From: a virus
Taxonomy: Duplodnaviria > Caudoviricetes
Strand: one strand, 5' to 3'
Virus record (IMG/VR): IMGVR_UViG_3300007513_000031
Coordinates: 8 to 64,007 of that record
Length of the DNA: 64,000 nucleotides
Part shown: positions 28,309-38,778 of the stretch, in pieces
Numbering within the stretch: position 1 is the first letter of the stretch
How the letters are laid out: each line of letters starts with the position of its first letter
Made by a program: the position numbers and the translations under genes
The notes under the pieces: model-generated
Told to the model about the DNA's origin: nothing
Databases searched by the model: none
The model's input: the letters and a program-made list of their open reading frames with translations, nothing else

Positions 28309-28611
28309 TCTTTGACAATTAGCACATACAGTTTTTAAATTAGCATTATTTGTATTCCTTAAATTTCCGTCTACAAAAAGTACATCTAATTGCAACTGAT
28401 CTTGTGCTTTAAAACCACATAATTCACATTTAGATTTTTTATGATATCCTGATCTTTGTAATGCTGTAACACCACCTATTTTTAACTTTTTCTTTTTACG
28501 ATTACAAGTATCACATAATTTACGCCAATAAATTTTCGTACCTTTTTTATATCCATAAGCTCTTGGCTTAGATTTACATTGTGTACATAACGGCCTTATA
28601 CCTATAATCAT
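28252..28611 (-). CDS. Zinc-finger/HNH-like protein
   Basis: Four CxxC pairs and a degenerate HNH (LDVLFVDGN..N....NL.TVCANC); start placed after TAAATA. Confidence 0.65.
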   Translation of the reverse strand: MIIGIRPLCTQCKSKPRAYGYKKGTKIYWRKLCDTCNRKKKKLKIGGVTALQRSGYHKKSKCELCGFKAQDQLQLDVLFVDGNLRNTNNANLKTVCANCQRLSSVRRLGWRVGDLIADE

Positions 28612-28728
28612 TACAATCGTATTTACGTCGCCTATATAGGTACCAAATTTTGTAGAATAATGTCGTAAAATGCATTTGATTACATAAATAGTTCTAGTAT
28701 ACGTATAATTGCAAGGAGAATACAAAAC

Positions 28729-31700
28729 ATGGCATTAACATCACCAGGAGTAGAAGTAAGTGTAATAAATGAGAGTTTTTATGTACCATCAGATGCAGGT
28801 ACTACACCTCTTTTTATAGTAACATCATCAACAGATAAAACACCAGGATCAGGTTCGGGTACAGCATCAGGAACAACAGCGGCTAATGCTGATACTGCTT
28901 ACTTAATTTCATCACAAAGAGAATTAACAGAAACTTTTGGAGATCCAAAATTTTATACAGACACTTCAGGAAATCCATTACATGGTTACGAATTAAATGA
29001 ATGGGGATTACAAGCGGCTTACAGTTTCTTAGGTATTGCTAATAGAGCATATGTACTAAGAGTAAATGTAGATACTTCTGAATTAATTGGTAGTGCAACA
29101 GCTCCAACAGCAGATCCATCAGATGGAACATACTGGTTTGACCTTGCATCAAGCAGTTTTGGACTATTCGAATGGTCACAAACAGATCAAAAATTTACAG
29201 CAAAAACACCAACGTTGATTACATCAGTTTCAGACCTAGTAGGAAACGCATCAACAGGTGCACCTAAAACATCAATAGGTTCACAAGGTGATTATGCAGT
29301 TAACACAACTCACGTTTCAAACAAAATTTACAAAAAATCATCAAGCAATACTTGGGTACAAGTAGGGTCAAGTGCTTGGCACTTAACACTACCAGTTATA
29401 TCAGTTGCATCAGGCACTACTGTAACTAGTGGACAAACAATGCACATTAATGGTACTGCGGTAACACCAGGTGGAACAGCATTATCAGATGTTGCAACAG
29501 CAATAAACATTTCAAGCGATGGTGGTGATGGCGCGGCTTTGGCCGGCATTACTGCATCAGTTCATGCAACAACTGGAAACTTAGAAATATTCCACAATGG
29601 TTTAGGATTTGGAGATTCAACAGCTGGATACAATACAATTAGATTTGAAGAAGGTACTGGAGTATTAGCTTCTTTAGGAATTACAGCAGGTACATATAAA
29701 GGTACTAAATTTTTACAAGACAAACACACTAACAGACCAACTTGGAAAACTGCAGATGAAAACAGACCTAATGGTTCTGTTTGGCATAAAACAACATCAG
29801 CAAATAGTGGATCAAACATTGTTGTAAAACTTTACAGTACATCAGATGGATCTTTTGGAAGTGTGAGTGCACCATTATATGCAACAAACAATCAAGCAAT
29901 TTACAATATAGATCCAACAACAGGTGGAACTGGTATTACAGTAGGTACATTATATACACAATATAATATTACTGAACAAACAGTTGACGGACAAAGTGAT
30001 AATACACCAAACGTTGGTGACTTACAATTATTTAGATATGAAGGTGGAGTAACAACAATTTCATCTAAAACAACATATCCAAGTACAACAGCAGGTGAAA
30101 CATTTACAGTCAGAGAATCATTAAAAAATCAAGATGCACTAGACACTGCAAAAACAGTTACTATGGTATCGGGAGATGGTTCAACACTAGGTGATGCAGA
30201 AGATTTTGTAACAGCATTTACGGCGGCTGGTTTTACAAACTTAACAGCATCAATTATTTCTTCAGGCACATACAAAGGTGCAATTGAAATTAAACACAGT
30301 CTAGGTGGTGAGTTCAGAATGAATAATTTAAGTGGTACACCATTAGATGATGTTGGATTTGGTACAAGTGTGGCACATAGTTATGGTGGATACACAGCAA
30401 ATTCGACTACATTAATTGACAACTTATATGTTACTCCAACAGGTGACTCAGAAGATTCAACTGTAGGTAACGAAGTAATGGCTAGTAACTGGAAACGTTT
30501 AAGTTACACAGCAAGTACAAGTGCACCAACCAATGAACCAACAGATGGTACATTATGGTATGACACATCGATTGATGTAGCAGACATCATGGAACATAAT
30601 GGAACAACTTGGAGAGGTTATTTAGGTGTTAATGCAACTACATCTCCAAAAGGTCCACAGTTTTCAGCAACAGCACCAACTACACAATGTGATGGTACTC
30701 CACTTGTTAACAAAGACTTATGGGTTGATACAAGTGATTTAGAAAACTATCCAAAACTTTACAAATATAATACTTCAGCAACATTAAGTTCAACTAACAC
30801 AGCAAACCAAGTTGCAGTTACAACAACTGGTGCGGCTTGGGAATTAGTTGACAAAACAGACCAAACAACTGAAGACGGTATTTTATTTGCAGATGCTAGA
30901 TGGCATACTTCAACTGAAAAAGGAGCTGACGGAAATACACAGGCTGGTACAGCAAGTTCAATTGTTGATTTATTAAGTGATCACTTCTTAGATCCAGATG
31001 CCCCAGATCCAACAAACTATCCACAAGGTATGTTGTTATGGAATACTAGACGTTCTGGATACAATGTAAAAGAATACAAAAACACTTATATTACAACAGC
31101 AAAATATCCAAGTTCAGGATCAAGCGGATTAGGTAACATTAGATACAGCAACGAATCAGTTGCAGGTTACTACCCAGACAGATGGGTTACTAAATCAGGT
31201 AACAATGCTGATGGTTCAGGAACTTTTGGAAGAAAAGCACAAAGAAAAGTTGTTGTACAACAATTAAAATCAGAAATTGACACTAACCAAGCAATTAGAG
31301 AAGACCAAAGAGGTTTTAACGTAATAGCTTGTCCAGGTTATCCAGAAGCAATTGCTAATATGATTAGCTTAAACACTGATAGAAATCAGACAGCATTTGT
31401 AGTTGGTGATTCACCACTTAGATTAGCTGGTACAGCAACAGCAATTCAGGATTGGGCAAATAACACAGCGGCGGCAACTGACAACGGTGACGACGGATTA
31501 GTAAGTGCAAGTGATTACTTGGGCGTATTTTATCCATCAGGACAAACAACAGACAATTCAGGTAACACAATTGTTGTTCCATCAAGTCACATGATGCTAA
31601 GAACACTAGCAAATAATGACAATGTTGCATATCCATGGTTTGCACCAGCAGGTACAAGACGTGGTGTTGTAGACAATGCAACATCAGTTGGATATATTGA

Positions 31701-32175
31701 TGCAAGTGAAGGTGAATTTAAAACAATATCTGTAACAGAGTCAATAAGAGATACGATGCATTCAGTTAAAATTAATCCAATTACTTTCTTTTCGGGAGCA
31801 GGAATTGTTAACTTTGGTAATTTAACTAAAGTATCAGGAACTTCGGCATTAGATAGAATCAATGTTTCAAGACTAGCAGTCTACTTAAGAACACAATTAG
31901 ATGCAGTTGCTAAACCGTTTATATTCGAACCAAACGATGAATTAACAAGAAACGAAATTAAACAAGCAATTGAATCATTTATGTTAGAATTAGTTGGACA
32001 AAGAGCATTGTACGACTTCTTAGTAGTTTGTGATGATACAAACAACACACCTACTAGAATAGACAGAAACGAACTGTATGTAGATATAGCAATTGAACCA
32101 GTTAAATCGGTTGAATTTATTTACATACCATTGAGAATTAAAAACACAGGAGAAATTGCAAAATTAGGGAACTAA
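28729..32175 (+). CDS. gp18: Contractile tail sheath protein (gp18-like) with large central insertion
   Basis: SPGVEVSVI N-terminus; PWFAPAG..RG, INPI, SALDRINV.RL, FEPND..TR, P.KSVEFIYI. Confidence 0.95.
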   Translation: MALTSPGVEVSVINESFYVPSDAGTTPLFIVTSSTDKTPGSGSGTASGTTAANADTAYLISSQRELTETFGDPKFYTDTSGNPLHGYELNEWGLQAAYSFLGIANRAYVLRVNVDTSELIGSATAPTADPSDGTYWFDLASSSFGLFEWSQTDQKFTAKTPTLITSVSDLVGNASTGAPKTSIGSQGDYAVNTTHVSNKIYKKSSSNTWVQVGSSAWHLTLPVISVASGTTVTSGQTMHINGTAVTPGGTALSDVATAINISSDGGDGAALAGITASVHATTGNLEIFHNGLGFGDSTAGYNTIRFEEGTGVLASLGITAGTYKGTKFLQDKHTNRPTWKTADENRPNGSVWHKTTSANSGSNIVVKLYSTSDGSFGSVSAPLYATNNQAIYNIDPTTGGTGITVGTLYTQYNITEQTVDGQSDNTPNVGDLQLFRYEGGVTTISSKTTYPSTTAGETFTVRESLKNQDALDTAKTVTMVSGDGSTLGDAEDFVTAFTAAGFTNLTASIISSGTYKGAIEIKHSLGGEFRMNNLSGTPLDDVGFGTSVAHSYGGYTANSTTLIDNLYVTPTGDSEDSTVGNEVMASNWKRLSYTASTSAPTNEPTDGTLWYDTSIDVADIMEHNGTTWRGYLGVNATTSPKGPQFSATAPTTQCDGTPLVNKDLWVDTSDLENYPKLYKYNTSATLSSTNTANQVAVTTTGAAWELVDKTDQTTEDGILFADARWHTSTEKGADGNTQAGTASSIVDLLSDHFLDPDAPDPTNYPQGMLLWNTRRSGYNVKEYKNTYITTAKYPSSGSSGLGNIRYSNESVAGYYPDRWVTKSGNNADGSGTFGRKAQRKVVVQQLKSEIDTNQAIREDQRGFNVIACPGYPEAIANMISLNTDRNQTAFVVGDSPLRLAGTATAIQDWANNTAAATDNGDDGLVSASDYLGVFYPSGQTTDNSGNTIVVPSSHMMLRTLANNDNVAYPWFAPAGTRRGVVDNATSVGYIDASEGEFKTISVTESIRDTMHSVKINPITFFSGAGIVNFGNLTKVSGTSALDRINVSRLAVYLRTQLDAVAKPFIFEPNDELTRNEIKQAIESFMLELVGQRALYDFLVVCDDTNNTPTRIDRNELYVDIAIEPVKSVEFIYIPLRIKNTGEIAKLGN

Positions 32176-32199
32176 TTTTTGGATAAATAGGAGAAACAC

Positions 32200-32823
32200 A
32201 TGGCAATATCAACATTATCAAAATTTACAGTACCTTTAGCAAACGACCAAAGTTCAGCATCACAAGGCTTGTTGATGCCAAAACTACAATATCGTTTTAG
32301 AGCTATCCTGGAAGGTTTTGGAGTATCAACACCGAGATCAGAATTAACAAAACAAGTAATGGATATTACAAGACCAAATTTAACATTTGATCAAGTAACA
32401 CTAGATGTATACAACTCAAGAGTATATGTTGCAGGTAAACATACTTGGGAACCAATTACAATTACTTTAAGAGACGACGTTAATAACTCAGTCACTAAAC
32501 TAGTTGGTGAACAAATTCAAAAACAATTTGATTTCTTCGAACAAGCAAGTGCGGCATCTGGTATTGATTACAAATTTACAGGCAGAATTGAAATGCTTGA
32601 CGGTGGTAACGGAGCAAGTGCACCAAATGTATTAGAAACATTTGAATTATATGGTGCATATGTTGAAAACGTTAACTACAACACACTAGCATACAACGTA
32701 TCAGAACCATCAACTATCACTATGTTAGTAAGATATGACAACTGTATACAAACACCACAAGGTACAGGAATTGGTACAGCAGTAGCAAGAACAGTTGGTA
32801 CATTAAGTACAGGCGGCGGTTAA
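32200..32823 (+). CDS. gp19: Tail tube protein (gp19-like)
   Basis: Directly after sheath; YVAGKHTWEPITITLRDD. Confidence 0.9.
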   Translation: MAISTLSKFTVPLANDQSSASQGLLMPKLQYRFRAILEGFGVSTPRSELTKQVMDITRPNLTFDQVTLDVYNSRVYVAGKHTWEPITITLRDDVNNSVTKLVGEQIQKQFDFFEQASAASGIDYKFTGRIEMLDGGNGASAPNVLETFELYGAYVENVNYNTLAYNVSEPSTITMLVRYDNCIQTPQGTGIGTAVARTVGTLSTGGG

Positions 32824-32853
32824 ACAAATTTAGAGTAGCATTTATAATACAGG

Positions 32854-32880
32854 AAAAGCGTCTTTATAGGCGCTTTTTTT
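32854..32880 (+). terminator. Rho-independent terminator
   Basis: aaaagcgtct-ttat-aggcgctttt followed by T-run. Confidence 0.85.
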
Positions 32881-32898
32881 GTGGCTATAAATAACAGT

Positions 32899-34290
32899 AT
32901 GCCAAAGATTAATGATTACTTAAAAGGCTTCCAAAATAGTCTTCCAGGAATGAAAGACTTCCGACACGCATCACGATTGTATATAGATGACAATTATAAG
33001 TTGATGCCAAAACAGAAATTTCTGTTTCATGTAATATTTCAAACAGACGAAACTTTGTTCTTTAAAGGATTTAATCGTCATGAAAGTCTTGACTTTAATA
33101 TGCTTGTTAAGGCTTGTGACTTACCCAAGTATAATATGAATATAGAAGAAAAATTTCAATACAATAAAAAAATGTATTGTGCTACACGTATTCAATACGA
33201 TCCTGTAAACATTACTTTCCACGATGACCATGCTGATACTGTAAATGCATTTTGGAAAAAATATTATGAATACCACATAGCAGATTCTGTAAATCTAGGT
33301 GTGGATGATACCGTACTTAATAAAACTAAAGATGATTATTATGATGCAATTGATAATAGAACAACTAATAAATGGGGGATGGATACTCCAATAGAAAGAA
33401 AAAAACCTTATCTTCAAAAAATTATAATTTTTGTTTTACATAAACAAAGATTTACTTCTATGCAATTAGTAAATCCTAAAATTGCTTCTTTTTCTCATGA
33501 TAATTTAGATGCGGCAGATGGTACAGGAGTTATGGCAAATACAATGCAAGTGATGTATGAAACAGTTTTATATGATAGTGGAACTATAAACAAAAACGAT
33601 GTACCTGGCTTTGCAACAATACATTATGATCACGAACCGTCACCGTTAACTGTATTGGGGGGTGGAACAAATAGTATATTTGGACCAGGGGGTGTTGTTG
33701 ATGGTATTGGATCAGTAATGAAAAATGTACAAAGTGGAAATATTTTAGGTGCAATATTAAGTGCATCAAACACATATAACAATGCTAAAAAAATGAAGAA
33801 AAAAGATGTTAAAGAAGAATTAAAAGGTATTGCAAAAAAAGGTGTATTAGAAGTTGGAAAACAAGCAGGTACAATATCAAATCCTATTAGTTCATTTTCA
33901 ATTGGTGCGGCAGTAGCAGGTGGTGTTGCAATAGCAACTGCTAAAGGTATTGCTGATAATAAAAACAGAGCAAATAGTACTGTCATAACAAATCCTAGCA
34001 TTAATACAACTGATTTTCTTTCTGCAGACGAATCATATAATCTTGTTACAACAGATTCTAATGTTAAAGACGAAATAGCATCTGGAATATATTACAAAGA
34101 CATTGGTTCTAGAAAAGGATTAACAATAGCTGAATCTGATGTTGAATATACTGCTTCAGACGACACAATTAAAAATGTTTATAGAAGTAAAGCAATTACT
34201 AATATACGAAAACTTGTTACTGAAGGATATACAAAAATAAACAGAACAACACAAGACGTTAGTATAGCAACCGAGAAAGCAGGATTATAA
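32899..34290 (+). CDS. Tube-like baseplate-tail junction protein (gp54/gp48-like)
   Basis: VKACDLPK..QYN..I.YDPVNITFHDD tube-fold signature. Confidence 0.6.
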   Translation: MPKINDYLKGFQNSLPGMKDFRHASRLYIDDNYKLMPKQKFLFHVIFQTDETLFFKGFNRHESLDFNMLVKACDLPKYNMNIEEKFQYNKKMYCATRIQYDPVNITFHDDHADTVNAFWKKYYEYHIADSVNLGVDDTVLNKTKDDYYDAIDNRTTNKWGMDTPIERKKPYLQKIIIFVLHKQRFTSMQLVNPKIASFSHDNLDAADGTGVMANTMQVMYETVLYDSGTINKNDVPGFATIHYDHEPSPLTVLGGGTNSIFGPGGVVDGIGSVMKNVQSGNILGAILSASNTYNNAKKMKKKDVKEELKGIAKKGVLEVGKQAGTISNPISSFSIGAAVAGGVAIATAKGIADNKNRANSTVITNPSINTTDFLSADESYNLVTTDSNVKDEIASGIYYKDIGSRKGLTIAESDVEYTASDDTIKNVYRSKAITNIRKLVTEGYTKINRTTQDVSIATEKAGL

Positions 34291-34667
34291 TGGCAGAATT
34301 TTATACAAACTTACCACCAAAAGAAAAAGATAATTTAGACAAAACAATTGACAAATTAACAAAAACACAATATGAAGAAGAGTATCAATTCAATGTTGGG
34401 GAGTATGATGCAACTATAGCTTTTTTTGTTAAAAGAGGCTTTCAACGAACTGCGGCAGAATCAACTGCTTACGTAATTTTATCTCAAGCAAAAATTGATA
34501 GCATAAAACCACAAGTAATACTTGACAAATTAACTTATGCATCAGAGGCTCAACTTTCTGAATTAATAACCATTGTACTAAACGCAAATAGATACAAATC
34601 CAGTAGGTTAGGTGTGAGGCAAACGCTTGTTACAAAGGAAACTGTGTCTAGAAATATAATAGACTAA
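34290..34667 (+). CDS. Hypothetical protein (probably structural)
   Basis: Translationally coupled between 32899 and gp4. Confidence 0.55.
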   Translation: MAEFYTNLPPKEKDNLDKTIDKLTKTQYEEEYQFNVGEYDATIAFFVKRGFQRTAAESTAYVILSQAKIDSIKPQVILDKLTYASEAQLSELITIVLNANRYKSSRLGVRQTLVTKETVSRNIID

Positions 34668-35107
34668 TGTTACCAAGATTCGCTAAAGGAAAATTTCACC
34701 CCAAAAACCAAGAAAAATATGTAGGTTTAAAAACACCAACTTATAGATCAAGTTGGGAACAAGCATTTATGAGATTATGCGATGAACATCCTAACGTTGC
34801 AAAATGGGCAAGTGAAAGTATTAAAATTCCTTACAGACATCCTTTCACTGGCAAGTATACTATATACGTTCCTGATTTTTTTGTTGTTTATAACGATAAA
34901 AATGGACGTAAACACGCCGAAATGATTGAGGTTAAGCCAATGTCCCAGACAATATTAGAACGTGCTGGTAAAAGTATGGGAAAGAAAAAACAAGTTGTAA
35001 TAAACATGGCTAAATGGGAGGCGGCAAACGCCTATGCCAAACAAAATAGAATGCGGTTTAGAGTTGTATCAGAAGACCAGTTATTTCATCAAGGCACACG
35101 TAAATAA
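34667..35107 (+). CDS. gp4: Head completion nuclease (T4 gp4/TnsA-like)
   Basis: YRSSWE..FM..CD.HP.V.KWASE..IPY..Y.PDF..IEVKP..N.AKW.AA. Confidence 0.9.
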   Translation: MLPRFAKGKFHPKNQEKYVGLKTPTYRSSWEQAFMRLCDEHPNVAKWASESIKIPYRHPFTGKYTIYVPDFFVVYNDKNGRKHAEMIEVKPMSQTILERAGKSMGKKKQVVINMAKWEAANAYAKQNRMRFRVVSEDQLFHQGTRK

Positions 35108-35113
35108 TTTTTA

Positions 35114-36154
35114 ATGTACCAAATTGATACTATAGAAAGTATTACAATTGAAGCCACGAATTTTTGTAATGCTAAATGTCCACAATGTGCTAGATATAAT
35201 TATTATGGAGAACTACAAAAAGATCTACCTTTAATGCACATTAACACAAACAATTTACTAAATTTACCTTTACAAAAAATGAAAAGTTTAAAAAAAATTA
35301 AGTTTAATGGCAATTATGGAGACCCATTAATGCATCCACAAATTGACAAAATATTTGAAACTTTTCAAAACTATGCAATGACTGTTAGTACTAATGCGTC
35401 TTTAAGATCAATTGCTTGGTGGGGAAAACTTGCCAAATATAATATGAAAGTCAAATTTGCAATCGATGGGCTAGAGGATACGCATTCATTATATCGTAGA
35501 AATACAGACTACAAAAAAATTATGGACAATGCAAAAGCATTTATAAATGCTGGTGGTAATGCAGAATGGCAATATATAATTTTTAAACATAACGAACATC
35601 AAGTAGATGAAGCAAAACTATTAAGTGAAAAATTAGGTTTTAAAGGTATTGTTTTTCAATACAGTGACAGATTTTTAGCGACAAACAAAACTCCTGTATA
35701 TGAAAATAAAAAAATTGCATACTATTTAGAATCTGCTACTAAACAAAAAACCATGCATGAATTAAGTGGAGCAAAAGAAGGAACATTTTACACAAAAAAC
35801 TTTTTAAATAACGAAAACATGACTAGTGAAATACAATGCCCATGGGCAGAAACAAAACGTTTACAGATAAGTGCAGATAGTCTTGTTTTTCCTTGTTGTT
35901 ATATGTTGAATGTTTTGGTGAATAAACCAATTCATAAAAGCCTTTGGGAAAAAATAATCAAGTCATATTCTGGAGTAAACTTAAATTATCACACATTTGA
36001 AGATATTCTAACAAGTGAAATTTTTCAAAAACTTATCCCAGCTAGTTTAAAAAACAAACCTCATATTACTTGTATAGAACATTGTGCAAATAACTTTAGT
36101 AAAGGTAAACTGTTTGGCCAAGAACAGACAGTCTTAAATAGTGCATATGACTAA
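35114..36154 (+). CDS. Radical SAM protein with SPASM/twitch-like C-terminus
   Basis: CNAKCPQC motif, GNYGDPLMHP, STN, IDG, C-terminal CPW..PCC..C...C. Confidence 0.9.
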   Translation: MYQIDTIESITIEATNFCNAKCPQCARYNYYGELQKDLPLMHINTNNLLNLPLQKMKSLKKIKFNGNYGDPLMHPQIDKIFETFQNYAMTVSTNASLRSIAWWGKLAKYNMKVKFAIDGLEDTHSLYRRNTDYKKIMDNAKAFINAGGNAEWQYIIFKHNEHQVDEAKLLSEKLGFKGIVFQYSDRFLATNKTPVYENKKIAYYLESATKQKTMHELSGAKEGTFYTKNFLNNENMTSEIQCPWAETKRLQISADSLVFPCCYMLNVLVNKPIHKSLWEKIIKSYSGVNLNYHTFEDILTSEIFQKLIPASLKNKPHITCIEHCANNFSKGKLFGQEQTVLNSAYD

Positions 36155-36665
36155 AAAGTTAGAAGATATATTAAATTTACCAAATGTTAAAGAAGAGTTT
36201 AAAAAGGTAGATAAAAAAGAAAAAGAAAATGCTAATAACACAATTGGTAAATCAAAAAATTTAGATCCCGAAACACATAAAAATTTACAAAAAAGTTATG
36301 CTGAATTTGACAAAATTGCGGCCTCATTACCCCAAGTAAAAGGACTAGGAGATTTATCAGATTTAGAATTAGATAAACTGGCTGTTGAAGCTGAAGAAAG
36401 TTATAAGAATTTAATGGACTTAGGAATGAATGTGGACTCACGTTATTCAGGGCGTATTTTTGAAGTTGCAAGTACTATGTTACGTAACGCCATAGATGCA
36501 AAGGGTTCTAAAATAGACAAAAAACTTAAAATGGTTGAACTACAACTTAAGAAGCTCAAGATAGACAAAACAGGTGGAGACGACGTGGGTTCTGTTGAAG
36601 AAAGCGACGGTTTTGTAATATCAGACCGTAACGAGTTAATGAAGAAGTTACTTAAAAAAGACTAA
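36147..36665 (+). CDS. Probable terminase small subunit
   Basis: Helical; LMDLGMNV..R..GRIFEVA..ML..AIDA; C-terminal DRNEL; upstream of large terminase. Confidence 0.6.
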   Translation: MTKKLEDILNLPNVKEEFKKVDKKEKENANNTIGKSKNLDPETHKNLQKSYAEFDKIAASLPQVKGLGDLSDLELDKLAVEAEESYKNLMDLGMNVDSRYSGRIFEVASTMLRNAIDAKGSKIDKKLKMVELQLKKLKIDKTGGDDVGSVEESDGFVISDRNELMKKLLKKD

Positions 36666-36674
36666 ATATTGCAT

Positions 36675-37268
36675 ATGAGCACATTTACAAAGTATCTTAC
36701 AGAAGCGGCTAAATCATATGACTATAAAATTAAGGTAGCAGGTGATATCGACAAGGATTTTGCAACACGCATGGAAACTTGCCTTCAAAAATTTGAAGTT
36801 GCTAAAATGTCAGCAGGAAAGAAAACTCCAATACAATCACTTCCATTAGATTTTCCAGCATTAACAAATGAGGCTGTAACAATTTTTGATGTAACAACAA
36901 ATTATCCAACAGCAGTTAGAGAAATGCATGAATATCTAGCAGATTATATGAATATTTCTCCGGCAATGATTGTTGTAAGAAAACCGGATGAACCAACAGA
37001 AGAATATCAAGAGCAAATGGCAGTTGCAGGCAAATCAGAATACAAAAACAAACTACAAGATATTGAAATGTCAGATGCACCTAAAGTAAATGCAGAAGAG
37101 TTTCATTCTTCAAAAGCAAATATGAGCTTATTAAAAGAATTATTAAAAGATAGAAAACAAAACGATAATCCAAAAGAGAAAGAAAATGCTACAACTAAAG
37201 AAGATTCACCAGCAGATTCTCCTTTAACAAAAGCAACTAACCCACATCCAGATCCAAAAAGGAAATAA
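36675..37268 (+). CDS. Putative head protein
   Basis: MSTFTKYLTE start resembles T4 capsid-targeting/gp21-cleaved leaders. Confidence 0.55.
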   Translation: MSTFTKYLTEAAKSYDYKIKVAGDIDKDFATRMETCLQKFEVAKMSAGKKTPIQSLPLDFPALTNEAVTIFDVTTNYPTAVREMHEYLADYMNISPAMIVVRKPDEPTEEYQEQMAVAGKSEYKNKLQDIEMSDAPKVNAEEFHSSKANMSLLKELLKDRKQNDNPKEKENATTKEDSPADSPLTKATNPHPDPKRK

Positions 37269-37269
37269 T

Positions 37270-37338
37270 ATGCCTTGTAATAATCCAAATTGTCAGTGTG
37301 AAAATTGTACTTGTGAAAATTGTACTTGTGGAGAATAA
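37270..37338 (+). CDS. 22-aa Cys-rich peptide MPCNNPNCQCENCTCENCTCGE (not in ORF track)
   Basis: Fills the gap between two genes exactly; SD AAGGA; 7 Cys; 15-bp tandem duplication tgtgaaaattgtact. Confidence 0.7.
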   Translation: MPCNNPNCQCENCTCENCTCGE

Positions 37339-37341
37339 ATT

Positions 37342-38763
37342 ATGGAAATGATAGACGTTTTAAATAAATTACAAGAAATCGCAGAAACAAAACCCGAACT
37401 AGTTAAAGATGCTGTTGAAAGCGTTGAAAAAACTAATCCAAAAAATGTTACAGAATTTCGAAACGTTGTTACTCCACGTGATGAATCACATTATAGAGAA
37501 ATGATGAAGCATCTTCAAGACATGGAAATAGATCCTGTGAATAGAAGAGATCCTTCATTAATGAAGGAAATACAACAAAGAAGAATGGAATTAAGAAACT
37601 GGGCAGAAAAAAATATAAAAAAAGAAGATGGTTTGGAAGAAAGAAAGCCTGGTGGAATGTCAGATATACACATTGGTGCAGATGAATACATAGGAAATTA
37701 TACACGTGATGATGCACCTGATACTTTAAAAATGCCAAAAGCAGATGTATTAAGAGCAATGGACGCAGAAGCCAAAAGATCACCTTTTCCAAAATCATAT
37801 GAAATTGAAACAGCAATGAAAATGGTTGATGAAAAATTTGAAGATGACGGCTCACCTAAAGACGAAATGCCAGAACCAGATGAAGTAATGGCAAGTGCTG
37901 AGCCTCAAACAACTGAAACACCGGTGCAGGAAAAAACAATTGGTCAAGGACTACCTATAGGAACCGAAGCATTTTTAAATATGGGTTCAAAATTAGATAT
38001 TAATTTTAGTAGAGACCAAGCATATATGGTGTCTGGTGTTTTAAACAGATTAGACCAAGATGCTTTATTAAAAGCAGTAGATGAATATAAATCACAAGAA
38101 TTAGATCCTGATCAAGCAGAGAGTAAAGAACTAAATACAAATACAATGACAACAGAAGGTAAAAAACAAGTAAACGAAGCAAAAAAAGTAGACGAAGCAA
38201 TAACAATGACTGCTGATTCACCAGAAGAAGCAGGTATGTTAATGCAAATGTTAAAATTAGCAGGTGTACAGCAAGTAACACCTGATATGATTGGTGCAGA
38301 AGAACCAGCAGAAAATCCACCACACGGTGAACCGGGTCATGTATGTGGTACAGACGATGATGCTATTGGATCAAACGACATGGGTAAAATGAGAGATGTT
38401 GTTACTGCTCCAGATGAAGAAAAAGCAGAAGAAAATTTTGCAAATTCTGAAAAAGAAGCAGAAAGAGATTTACCAAAAACTTCAGATGTTGACACACTAG
38501 TTAATGTTCATTCTGGTGGTTTAAACAAACAAAAACAACAAGTAAGAAAAGAATATCCAGGAGATAATCCACTTGCAGTTGAAGATACAATTACTGAAGA
38601 AGATTTGGCAAATAGTTTTAGAGCACAATACGAAGACTTTAAAGCATCATATCAAGAAGCGGCAAAAGTTACTGAAAAAAAAGCAAAACCAGACTTTTTA
38701 GATATGGATAAAGACGGCAATAAAAAAGAGCCGATGAAAAAAGCAATTTCTGATAAAAAATAA
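37342..38763 (+). CDS. Acidic internal head protein (putative polyprotein)
   Basis: MLKLAGV motif; many (V/I/L)-x-E sites; C-terminal DFLDMDKDGNKKE Ca-binding-like loop. Confidence 0.55.
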   Translation: MEMIDVLNKLQEIAETKPELVKDAVESVEKTNPKNVTEFRNVVTPRDESHYREMMKHLQDMEIDPVNRRDPSLMKEIQQRRMELRNWAEKNIKKEDGLEERKPGGMSDIHIGADEYIGNYTRDDAPDTLKMPKADVLRAMDAEAKRSPFPKSYEIETAMKMVDEKFEDDGSPKDEMPEPDEVMASAEPQTTETPVQEKTIGQGLPIGTEAFLNMGSKLDINFSRDQAYMVSGVLNRLDQDALLKAVDEYKSQELDPDQAESKELNTNTMTTEGKKQVNEAKKVDEAITMTADSPEEAGMLMQMLKLAGVQQVTPDMIGAEEPAENPPHGEPGHVCGTDDDAIGSNDMGKMRDVVTAPDEEKAEENFANSEKEAERDLPKTSDVDTLVNVHSGGLNKQKQQVRKEYPGDNPLAVEDTITEEDLANSFRAQYEDFKASYQEAAKVTEKKAKPDFLDMDKDGNKKEPMKKAISDKK

Positions 38764-38778
38764 AAACAATCAAAAAAT

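Noticed and set aside
28252-28611. Mobile homing endonuclease
   Set aside because: HNH catalytic His appears replaced and the gene does not interrupt another gene; more likely a resident Zn-finger protein
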